The notes under the pieces: generated by a model
Told to the model about the DNA's origin: nothing
Database searches by the model: none
Seen by the model: the letters and a program-made list of their open reading frames with translations, nothing else
Source of the DNA: Azolla caroliniana
Lineage: Eukaryota; Plantae; Polypodiophyta
Assembly: GCA_043228905.1 (NCBI GenBank)
Contig: JBHGNT010000199.1
Coordinates: forward strand, 1-54,095
Length of the DNA stretch: 54,095 nt
Direction of reading: 5' to 3'
Shown: positions 36,961-49,249 of the stretch, one piece after another
How the letters are laid out: each line of letters begins with the position of its first letter
Numbering within the stretch: position 1 is the first letter of the stretch
Made by a program: the position numbers and the translations under genes

Positions 36961-37806
36961 TCCTCATCCCTTTCTGCCCCTGCACAGGAGGAGGATCTAG
37001 CAGGACGAGTGGCCATAGTCACAGGTGGGTCCCGCGGGATCGGGCGAGAGGTATGCCTACACTTAGCACAACACGGCGCCTCTGTGGTAGTATGCTATGC
37101 AGGAGACGCGCAAGCAGCATCAGACGTCCTGGGCCTCATCAATACGCAGACACAAACACAAACGGATGTGGCAGGCGGACAAGAAGAAGAGCAGAAGGCA
37201 AAGGTGAAGGTGAAGGTGAAGGCGATAGCTGTGAAGGGCGACGTGTCGAAAGAGGCGGATGTAAAGGCCATTTTCGATGCTGCAATTCAAGCCTTTGGCC
37301 ATGTCAACATCGTCATAAATCTGGCTGGCATTCTTCTAAGTAGCTACCCCAGCTTAGAGCAGACCTCCTCAGAAGATTGGGAGCGAACCATGTCGGTGAA
37401 CGCCACCGGAACATTCCTGGTCCTTAAAGAGGCTGCCCAACGAATTGTGGCAGGAGGCAAAGGTCGTATTGTGACCACAAGCTCATCTATGGTGCATGTC
37501 CTGAAGCCCGGCTACGGGGCCTATGTGGCCAGCAAGGCAGCCGTCGAAACCTTAACTAAAATCATGGCCAAGGAATTGAGAGGTCGTCGCATAACAGCCA
37601 ATTGTGTGGCACCAGGCCCAGTGGCCACAGACATGTTTTATGCTGGGAAAGATGAGGCACTCGTGGAGAGCTTCAGGGATGCGCCTCCATTGCAACGCCT
37701 GGGCACCCCTCAGGACATCGCACCTCTTATCTTATTCCTGGTCAGTGATGCTGGAGAATGGGTGAATGGGCAGGTCATTCGAGCCAACGGTGGATTGGCC
37801 ATATGA
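36955..37806 (+). CDS. Short-chain dehydrogenase/reductase, intronless (copy 2), 283 aa
   Basis: Near-identical to 1333-2175 from the GRVAIVTGG motif onward. The first in-frame ATG is at 36955; the ORF-track start at 36898 is a TTG that reads through the microsatellite. Confidence 0.92.
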
Positions 37807-40231
37807 TATGATATGATATGACACATCTCATACATACATCCATATAGCTCTTGTGCTAGTCAACCTCATTTTGTCTTTATAGTAAGTTAACGCCAGATAT
37901 TTTGGCTCTATAATAAGTTAATGTCACGACGTTTTCCATGCTTATGCTAGGTTCTATGTATGTATAGGCAAACATATTTTGATTTCATGATATTGGATTT
38001 CTGTCTACGACTTTTATCTCTTTTGTAATTAACTAAAGCATGAATCTGAAATATGGCATTCCATTCTGATGGTCACTCCCTTTTTGCATGCTACTTATGA
38101 TTCCTTCCATGATCCAGTGTCAATTTCTGATGGATGGTGAACAAAATGAAATCCACATTGGAGCCAGTAAAATTTCTGTAATTGAATGTTGGCCACACCA
38201 TACATGGCAATGAAAAGGACATGGTCTTTCTGCCAAAACCACGATGTGAAATGCACAAATTTATCTCACATTCTAAGGAAAGCCCACCTAGTGAAACATG
38301 GTGGGACAAAGAAATCATACTCTAACTCAATAGTTTGAGTAAGCAAATCCATTCATACATGGAAATTGTAACACATGTTGAGTGAAGATACAAATTGCTA
38401 GTGCAGGAGACAAGAAAGGGTTAATTCAATAAGTAAAGATTAATTCAATACATGGGTATGGATTGTCTCATGAATTGAAAACTAAATGACTCATTTTTGG
38501 AACATAATTGTCATGAGAAAGATACTAGGGAAAGGAGACAGAAGACATGACTTATGCAAGGGAACCCAAAAAATACTCATGTTTTGTGTTTGAATTTTCC
38601 ACTTGGCTTCTATGGCTTGAAAGTAAAGACTTATGCTTTGATGCCTTCTAAATTTTACAAATCTTTGCATAGTAACAAAAGTGACAACATGAGGATTGGA
38701 GCCCCTCTAAATCTCATTGTCATCTTCATTGGTTTAGTACTTTGCCAAGTCTTGTGTACCCTCAAACATGTTCCAAGTTCTTTTACCTTCTTATTGTGGT
38801 TTTAATAATAAAATCTTTGAAAATGACTATCGACTCTTGACATTGACAAGAATGTAGAAATGAATTATGCAAGCTCACGTCGAGAGATGTAACTAGTGAA
38901 GAATTCTATATTATGCTAAGCTCAACCACACACAAGTCATAAGTTTGGTAGCAAGGAAACTAGAACTAATTCAAATAATAGACTTATTGTCCCGACTCCC
39001 AAATTAGAATAGGCTCTAGTGTCACTTAAACGAGACATATACATAATTCATCAACGTAATTAAGTAGAGAGAAAAGGCAAAATGTACACCTTAAATCATC
39101 TATCCCTTTACAAGGTTATTATATTGATTTATAGACTATAGGGGTTAGGGTTATGGCCATGACACATGTAGGGTGGGATGCAATCATTGCTTGCTCCTCA
39201 AAGTGGGTTCTATATTAAGTAAATATCATATTATATGACCCGTAATTGGGTTCTTGTGCATGACTCCATTTAAGTATATTCCTACCTATTCATAAAGGTG
39301 TCTTGGCTCCTTAACGAGGTATTTTACATCATCGACATCCAATCGTACAAACCAACCAAGAAAGCCTACTTAAGTTGTTTGGCGAATTCCTTTACTCTTT
39401 GGGAGGTTATGTTTTCCACATGTTGGGATCTAAGTTAATCATACGCTATACCATAAGAAGTTTAATTGCTAATACTTTAATATAGTTGTGTGAGGCATTT
39501 GTTTCGTCTTCCTCTTAACTATTGTTCAAGTACTTAGACTTGTGTGCTATGTTTTGAGCTATCCATTGGGCTTTTGTGACAATACTCATGCCTAATTTAG
39601 ACAATACAACAAACAACAAAATCCCACTAGCCTACCCAATGTATACTTCTCTATGCAAAAAGGTACATAGTGCTCATGGCCACAACTAGGTAACATGGCC
39701 TCCCATTGGAACTACGCAATTAACATGGTGTATAGAGAGGACAGATGGTTTGTTGGTCTACTAGGTCCTAGTAATGTCATAATGTACTAGATTCACGTTT
39801 TAGAGCATAATACTCCAACTTGGTCATACGCTAGCTAACAATGTGGGGACACAAGCAATTAAAACTTCTCTATGGTCATGAGTGTGATTCTCAACATATA
39901 TAGAGGATATATGTTGTCATCTATTTCTATCTATTGTGAAAAAATTGTCTTGTGCTTACTATCCTCCTTGTTATAGGCTATATTACTGAGATAGTAGGGG
40001 ATTTAGGATCTTGAACTTCCTTCCATGAGGCAAGAAGTCTCCCCTTGAAGTTCATATGTGCACCTCTCTACAAAATGAAGCATGTGTGCCATAGTTGTGG
40101 TTCGGTGGTATATGGTTATTGGTTTGAAACAATTTTTGGCAACAATGGTCAACCGAGCCACTTCAAGTATTAGAGCTTGTTGAGGAGTAACAATGATCTA
40201 TGCCATAGAGTAGAGATCTTGCATGTGCACG

Positions 40232-40277
<46 letters not shown>

Positions 40278-41724
40278 ACGGTGATGTTCAATTAGTAATC
40301 GTTTATGGTTCGGTTCAGCTGAGGAGTGTCAAAGGCAAACCTTTTACCAAATTGAACCGTGAAGTATAAACCATTTGAGGGATTTTAAGCTCAAACCAAA
40401 CACATTAACATATTTATAAAGTGGTAAGACATTAACTCATGGTTTAGCTATTTGGTTTTGACTCAAATTGAATTATTAAAAGGGTTATTTTTTTTTAAAC
40501 TCTAGAAAGAATATTCTATCAATTGTTGCTCATTTTTTGCTTTGTCATTGTACAAATCTCTTCCCAATTATAGTGATGACCAAATGCCATCATAATTCTT
40601 CAATGGCATTGTATCTCATATGTACTCCCTCAAGGTTCAAAGGTGCCGCCTTTAGGGATGACCACCTACCCTTGTTCTAACAAACATGTAAGGGGGTCTT
40701 TGTGAAGACATCTAATCCTTGTTTTGGCATAACTGACTATAAAGCCAAAGGTAATGCAAAATAAGCATCGAGAGTGCATCCATGTAAGGTTACTGATGTT
40801 GAAGAAAATAAATTCATTTAGGCTTGTCCACAATAGGCCCACATACTATTATTTTCATGTATAGAGTGTCAAGCTTCCATTGACTTGTGGAATCAATATA
40901 CATATGACGAAGGCGAAGGTAGAAAAGGGGGACATTATGGGTGCATGTGAAGAAGATGTCATGATACCAAAGGGGAAGGTTGAGGTGGGATAGGAATGAA
41001 TAATGCTCATCAACTCGTGATATGCAAGAACTAGAGGATTTATTCATATGCTTAGAAGAGAATACTTCTAGTGAAGCTCTTAGATAAGTGTGTGGTAGTA
41101 CATATAGCGCGATTCCTTTTCGAATGTTCATAATATATAACCCTAACGTTTGTAGTGCAGAGTTCATAACTTTAGATGCGATATAATTTCCTTGTCAAAA
41201 GCACAATGGGTTTCTCGCCTTTGAATTGCAAGGACTGCAAATAGTTCCCCGCATAATTAATTGCCTGCTTTCTTATTCCAAGAATATACATAGTGTGGAT
41301 TTTCAATTATTAACATCATCAGCCCATGTACAGATAGGTAGCAGTTTTCTGATTTCTTCTTTATTTTTTTTACTCCTAAAATTTTATCTCTCCATCCCAT
41401 ACAAACATACATACATATACTTACGTACATATATGATATAATATACTATTATAATACGTACATTTATATATGTATGTATATGTATGTACGTGTGTGTGCG
41501 TATGTTTTTATTTACAACTGAATAATTATGGTAGAAAGGACTTTTGTTTTGGGGGAATGTAAGTAAGTATCCATGGGATCGATCATATGTCCTTCCTTGC
41601 TAGCAAACTGTGGAGCCAAGCTTTTCTCAAGAGAAGGAAAAAATAAGGTGAATGCCACCACGTGTCTCATCGTATGTATATGATGATGATGATCATCATC
41701 ATCATCATCATGGTGAACCAGATA

Positions 41725-44700
41725 CTAGAAGTTCTCTTTGTGGAACTCAAATCTTGTGCTAGAAGAATGGTTGTAGGTCTTGACTAGATTTTCCAGTTCC
41801 TTGGCAACCATCAATGGGCCACAATAGAAGACTCCTAATTTGGCAACAGAGAAATGTTACAATGTAAGAAAAGAAAACACATTCCAAGTTGACCTAATCC
41901 AGCCTAACGTCTTAGTTGGAGAGCCCTGAAATGATTGAGATCAATGGTGCATACATACCAATGGTAGATCCTTTGTGGATATTTGCAACCCGGGAAAATA
42001 CTTTCTTCCAATTTGGTCTGGCAAAGTGGGTCCTCACCTGCCCATACATATAATACATAGAAAGATCAAAGATCAGGCATTATTATGTATAATAAGCTAA
42101 AGTTGTTATTCAGCAACAGGTTTGTTAACAAGCTCACCCTCGTTCCTGAAACGATGTCCACCCCATTCTTGGCATGATGCAAACTTTGAATCATCATGAT
42201 GAGTGCTGATCTAGCATCACCATCCTCATAAACACTCGTCAAATAATTGTGCATCTCAATGACCGCCTGAAATATGTAAGAGAACCATATGCACTACTCC
42301 AGTTACTAGTTAGGCCTTGGATAATAATGTCCATCCTTTAAAATGGACTTCACCTTAAGGAGCCATCCTTCCCCTTGGACGTACATAAAATTAATGTACA
42401 TACATATAATGGATGCAAACTATTACCCAAAATTCTGATAATAAAAATAAAAGGAATTGATAGTACCTGGTTATCTTTCTCGGCTACCTCATCCATCACC
42501 CCACGAAACCATTCAAAAGAGCCTTGTTCCCTCGTAACCCAATAGAAGTAAGCATTTGTCGGACAACGGTATTTCTTGTTTTTCTTCACATTATATGTGC
42601 ATCCTTCTGAAGACGACTTCGTAGTGCTAGCAGTTTCCAAAGAGTTGATGCTCGAGTTGGAGCTGAAATTTGAAGTACAGCTATTACTTGAATCCTACAA
42701 AATATAAATCCTATGAATCAAATCCTATAGGAATTTGAAATGGTAAAAGGTTAAACTACTACAATACTTTTATATGGCATAAATTCAATATTGTAGCATG
42801 GCTTAGATCAAGAGTGAAGGGCCTCCAACATGTGTAGACGAGTGCTGATCTGCAAGCTTTATGTTATACAACATGTTCTTCAAAATACTGATGAAAGGGG
42901 TTGCTCCAATACCCAGTCCAACAAGCAAGAGCACATCATACTTCTTATAGTCCTGTGCTGGAGCCCCATAAGGTCCATCTATTCGAAGTCTTGGAAATCT
43001 GAAACCATGCCAGACAATGGAAAAGTTGTTATGTTTTATGAGGTTCAAACAATAGATGGATCATAGCCTTGTACAAGTTAACAATTTATGGGATTGGGAT
43101 CATGGCGGAGTAAGGATCAGGTTTAGATTGCATGCTTTTTTTATACATAATTCATTGAGCATGGATCACAATGTGAGGCCCAAAGAAAGACCTACAATAT
43201 TCACAGCATTACTATGCCACTACCTAATGGCAGAAGTGGGAAGAAGCAAATGCAAAATACGAATATATACTCAACTGCCTAAATTTGTTATCCAAGACGG
43301 AAATGTCACATATATAGAGAGATCATAGCATAGAACACATGTGATGCCTAGTGTTACCTGATTTCTACTCCAATTTTGCTTTCAGCGCTTAGCAACCCAC
43401 TTTTGCCAGGAACTAGAGGAGGCTCCATCATCTATGTAAATAGCTCAATTTTAGTTTTAAATGCTTCACTGAAACAATGCTGTCAAGGAAATCCTCACCT
43501 CTGAGAAGATTCTCTTCATTTCCAGTGTCCAATCCCCACAAGTCCTAATATGAACACTTAGGACATCATCTCCTGGAGCAGAGGTAAGGGAGAAAGGATG
43601 CCTGCATGTTTAGAACCAGATATTAACAGGCATACTATTATATCCTCATAGTAACTTATGATTCTGAAAGAAGAAGAATGGAAGAATCTCTCTAACCACT
43701 CAAAGGGTGAAACATCTGGGCACTGCAAGAATGTGTACATGCCACTCTTGTATTTGAAACCAGGAGGCTTTGTCATATGGAGGGCTAATACATTCCCAGG
43801 ATAAACAGCAGCCTACAATATATTATGAATTAAGAAGGAATTTCCATTAAGCAACGCCTTCCTGACTTCGACTTGTAATTTACAGCGTATAAATATAAGA
43901 ACTGAGCCACCTTAACCACGGTGACAGTGTAATAACCAGCTCGCAATGTTCTCAGAATGCGCTCGCCCATATATAGAAGAACTGGAACAGCCAAATACAT
44001 CCATGTCTGTTTTATTTACTCCATAACATTAGTCAATGGCCTCCTCTTAATTATTCTGAATAAAGATAGAATCATGTGATTAATCTAGATTCTTTAAATC
44101 ATTCAACTTGGAGTGTAATTACTTAAAACCGTGTCTATTTCCCATTGGCTGTGTTCATCACTAAAGCAAGACTCGTGTCATTAGTCTCTTCTCCAACTGT
44201 CGTTACCTCAATGTAGACCTATTAAGAACTTTTGTGTAATTGGGCTTGGCTGTGTTATGAGATTCTCGATCCAATTTAATTGGAATGGGTAATAGTACAT
44301 GAACCACAGCCCCAGCCCCATGATTGATCGTCATTAATCTCTAGAAACTATAGGGTTGCTAACTTTTTCTCTTGCTCATACGTCGCTAACTAACATGCCA
44401 GCTTCATTGTGCAAAAGCTCGTGTCATCTTACCGTTTTCTGCCTCCAGTCGTGATTGAGGTACAGATATTGAGAATGAAGGATGAGAAGCACGTAGAGGA
44501 TGGCGAAGAGGTGATGTGAATACCAAAACGCATTGAATCCTGTCATTCTGTGCAGAGGCCATGGGAGCTTCACCAAGTTCCTCCTGAACCACCTGGAAGC
44601 TAGAACAAAGGCAATAACCATGAGAAGCACCATGACCACGCCGGTCACACCCTCGACGCCCTTCACCAAGTCCGCATATGTTGGTTTAATGTAGCCAAAG

Positions 44701-47700
44701 TCGGAGCCTAAATACTTGTCGAAGGTTTCATTGTCGCTGCCGATCAAGCGAGGGAAGTCACAGGCCATGTGAATCCCGGCATGCAACATTACCCCAACAC
44801 CTAGTGCAACAGCAATGGCCTGCAAAACAATAAATTATATATCTAGTCCATGTATTCTCAATCAATCAATTACATACCTATATAGTTCATGATTCTATGG
44901 TATGAGAGGTTTGTGACATAAAAAATAAACTAAACTGTGGGCTATATACATTATATATATACCTTGTGGAAATTGATGTTGTCATCGAAAGGAAGGATTG
45001 AACTCAGAAATGTTGATCGCAGCCATGTGATGGAGTTTCTGCAAACAGGAAGGAGGATGAGAGCCATATTGAGCTTCAAGGTTTCTGCAGCACCTTTGGC
45101 AGTGCAAACACAATAGCCCATTATTTGGAAAGATGTCCTCTGCCTATACTGCAAGAACTTCCATGTGAATAGCCCAACCATAGCCACAATCCAAAGCCCC
45201 ATTACCCACCAACGTTGCCAATTCTCGTCCAAAGCATATACCACTGCCATAGACATCCTGTGAAAGGCATTCCTTCTCTTCCTTGCTGTCACCACCGACG
45301 TCTGGCTTAGGGTTTGGCTATAGTTATTGGGCGCAGTATCTTGTCCACATAGGTTATTGCAATCTTGTTCTTGAAGCAAAGCCTCAAATTGCCAAAGCTG
45401 CAATTGATTCATATTTATGGGTGGGTATAATGATTGATTCTGGGATAATCAGAAATTATGACAGAAAAGATGAGATGATTGATAACTCCATATTAAGGAA
45501 ATTACACACACTCATGTTACCTCTATATAACCAAGATTATCAGGATCAAGCTCTTCCATTATCAATGCTGCATATTCGTCTGCTTGGTCTCTAAGCTTTG
45601 ACAAATTGTTGGCAGAAGCACTCAAGGCGATGACCTACATACATACATGTTAGAGCATAAACCAACGACGGAATCAGAATCAAATAGAACTAACTAGTCA
45701 CAAATAGTTTTAAGAAACTAAGTACATCATGGTACTAACTAATTTATATTCTCTCTCACCTCCTTCACCTCTTCTTCTGTGATTCGTCCATCCGCATTCT
45801 TATCACACCTGTGCATTTTGTGTTCATCCCAAAGAGGAGTTGCATCGAAGATTAAATGAAATGAGCTAGAAAAAAACATCGTACTTGGCGGTTATCATAA
45901 CATACAGAAATTGTCCCTTACATGTCGAAGAAAATCTGTATGCGCGAACCGAAGGTTTGATCGGAGATCTGAATCCAAAAGTCTCGTAATTCTTCCAACG
46001 TTATAAATTGCAGCATGACACCTTGTCTTCGAGCCAATGCATCAAATAGCTCGCATGCAAATTCATGAGAATCTTTCATTCCTGCACATAGGGATCGATT
46101 TTTTTAATGTTTATCAAGCAAATCAAACTTGGACGAATTCCTGGCTAAAATACACAAGCAATTCAATGAAAATTTATTTCCGTGGGTCAACCGTATGTTC
46201 CATCCACTGAGGATTAAGCTGAATATCCCTGGAACATGTTGCCGTAACATCCACTGAGGTTACGCTGAATATCCTCCGTGGATATTAAACTTATGCCCCA
46301 TGAATATTAACATTATGTCTCACGGCATTAAAGCTTGAGCTCCACAGTTATGTTCCCTGGATAATAAGCCTATATGCTCCATGGCCATTCAGCTTATAAG
46401 CCTATGTTCTATGGCAGTCCAGATGATGTACTTCCATTGATGTTCAGCTTTTGCTCCATGCTTATTCACCTCATCCTTCGGTGGTGATTAAGCAAATCAA
46501 GCTCTCAGAGCTGTTCTGCTAATAGCTTTGGCAATGATCCTAACCCAGATCCCATAGATGTTATGACACGGGCATCAAATGGATGGATTATATCGATTGA
46601 ATCTTACCAATGCAGTAGCCGAAATCACACCGAGAGATGAGGCCATCAGAAGAAGCGAGCTCATAAAAACGATTCTCAACATCCTTCCATTGAGCAGCCA
46701 AATCACTCTCGGTGGTTTTACTGATGAATCGAAGGCTCTCTAGAGCAAATTCTGTGCAGCTTGACTTGCATCTACCCAAGTATAAATTTGTAGAATCTAA
46801 CTTGGAGTCGTGTGCAGAGAGATCAGTAGCCAAATTAGTAGTACTTATGTTGATCATGTTATTATTAGCAGAATCAGTCGGGGAATCATGGAAAGCTGGA
46901 TTTGTAGAAAAAAGTAAGGCTTTGCTACTGTTGTTGCTATCGTTATAGGTAGTACTACTACTACTATGGTTCCCATCGACGTAATTAGCGCTAGAGTTAT
47001 GATGAGCACAGAGATTAGACTTCAACATAAAGTCTTTATTCGTTAATAATCTCTGCGGCGCGGTGTAACTACTACTACAACTACTACTGCGTTTGGAGTC
47101 TGTGAAGAGCTCTTGCGATTTTCGCTTCACGTGTTTACACAGATTTAGAAGGCGTGAGGAGGAGCCTACTTTCTTCATATTCTCCCCCGACGACTCTTGC
47201 TGCACCAGATTCTGGCGACGATTGGGATACTCATCAATTATATTATAGGGTCCTGAAGAAGAAGAAGAAGAAGTTTCTATTCCTCTCAGGAGCACTGAAT
47301 CGTCTCTCACATCCAATGTTTTCTCTACCGTGTCTACTGTTTCTGAGGCGGCTCCTTCTTGCATTGCCATCGCTTCTTCTGCACATTTCCATGGAAGCGC
47401 TATTCTGCTGCTGTGATTTAAAGCATCTCTAGATGTAATGTTGCAGAAATCAGCGACGCTTCCCTGCTGCAACTCACAGGGAGAACGCCTTACTAATGTT
47501 CCCCCTTCTTCTTCCCCTGGCTTTCTCACAGCGATTGTATCGTGAAGCTTCCATGAAAGCGCTCCGCCCATAGATATATAATAATCATCTCTTTCACTGT
47601 TGCGGATATCATAACTTCCATGTCCATGAACAACATTGAACTTGTCAGAAGACCTTGCATCTCCTTCTTTCATTGTTGTCATTTTGGCAACATCCTGAAG

Positions 47701-47859
47701 CTTCCAAGGAAGCCCCCTGTAATCTACATCTAGGCTAGATGTCTTATTGCAGAAATCAAAATCAACTGTACTGTTTCCCTGCAAATTATCGCCGGGGGCA
47801 AGACGACTATTTATATCTTCTGAACCACCTGCCCTGGTAACAGAAATATGATGTTGCAT
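41725..47859 (-). CDS. RBOH: Respiratory burst oxidase homologue (plant NADPH oxidase), 15 exons, 1166 aa. Exons: 47859-46608, 46081-45922, 45808-45760, 45634-45521, 45397-44963, 44819-44433, 44006-43911, 43812-43697, 43601-43499, 43431-43358, 42998-42830, 42694-42467, 42266-42138, 42037-41959, 41834-41725
   Basis: All introns GT-AG and phase-consistent. EF-hands ([12 protein letters not shown]; DPDNLGYIE), [21 protein letters not shown], heme His motifs (NFHK, WYSHH), FAD motif [43 protein letters not shown] and terminal FHKENF. Confidence 0.95.
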
Positions 47860-48359
47860 CTTGATCTTCTTTCACAGATATTTGTGCTAAATCCGATTAC
47901 AAGTGGGCATGAATTTGGGTCCTTATCAGAGATTGACTTATATAAGTCTGCGAGAATTCTATAACAAAGAGGTTTGTGATGGAAGCTTATAGTTAATGTC
48001 GATCTTCCTCGTCTTCTTCGTCGGTGATCAGTCGGCAAAGATTGGAAGGTAAGAACCGAATCCAGGCTTGCTGTGTGATCAATGGCGTGGGAATGGAAGC
48101 TTAATATAGCTGAACTGTGCTTCTTTCAAAAGAGAAGCAGATAGGAAACGTAAAGAGGAAAAGGGGGAGAGTAATTAGAAGGAGAAGAAATGTTACAATT
48201 GTGGATGAATGAGTGGTGAGTGCATTGTAGGTAATTAATTACGTCAAAAAATCTGAGCTTTCTTCGTCATAAATCAAAAAGCTTGGGGGTGACAGACAGC
48301 GGCATACGCACTTAACTTTGCTTAAGAGGGACAAATTGGAAATATGCATGCATGGATTA

Positions 48360-48383
48360 TATAAATATATATATATATATATA
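48360..48383 (-). promoter_or_regulatory. (TA)n/TATA tract upstream of RBOH
   Basis: AT-alternating tract about 500 bp upstream of the ATG, flanked by GA/CT repeats. Confidence 0.4.
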
Positions 48384-48484
48384 TTGTAGAGAGAGAGAGA
48401 GAGAGAGAGAAGGAATGATGGTTTACAGAAGGAATGAATGGTTTTGGAAGAGGGAGAGTTAAGATTCGTTATTCAAAATCTAAG

Positions 48485-48521
<37 letters not shown>

Positions 48522-49194
48522 AACATGTATGTATGTATGTATGTATGTAATTTGTATGCATGGCCTTCCCCGCCCTGCTCACTCTGCTCTGCCATGCGTA
48601 GTTTTGGTGTTGGTGTTTTTTTTTTATTTAATACTGGGGACTTAACTTAAACCTGTTTCCTTTTGATTCCTGGTTTTGTTTAACACTAATTAACTAGGTA
48701 AGCAAGTTACTTATGTATGCTCATTGTTAGTTAATGAGTTGTCTGTCATAAGCCCCGCGCTGCTTTTTATTTGAAGTAGTAGTAGCTGCGAAGAAGAAGA
48801 AGAACTGCTTTTTATTTGAAGTAGTAGTTAGTAGCTGCGAAGAAGACGAAGACGGATGATGCTGATGATCAGTGATGATCATTGATGAAGGATGGATGGG
48901 AGGGCTTCTTTATGTTTATTAAGTATTTTTCTCGTTTTAGTTTCTAAGTTTTTACAATATTTGCTGATACGCCACACCCACATTACATTACATTCTCTCA
49001 AAGCCTCTCTCTCACTCTCATTTCTTTGTGCTGCTGTTGTTTACATTTTATCTCTTTTCTCAACTGTGTGTCTGTAAATTAATATTATGTATGTATGTAT
49101 GTATGTATGTATTCAGGTACATACATACATACATACATGGTGTCAATTCTTTTGTTGTGTTGTGTACTTCTCTTCCCTTTGAAGCGTGGGCTGC

Positions 49195-49249
<55 letters not shown>

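Noticed and set aside
36131-36985. 284-aa minus ORF overlapping the SDR2 start, as a chimeric gene
   Set aside because: A chance fusion of the (CT)n tract (SLSLSL) with a LINE endonuclease/linker frame.
38000-41200. Short ORFs and possible decayed TE/MITE pieces between SDR2 and RBOH
   Set aside because: No convincing protein motifs, TIR pair or TSD by eye.
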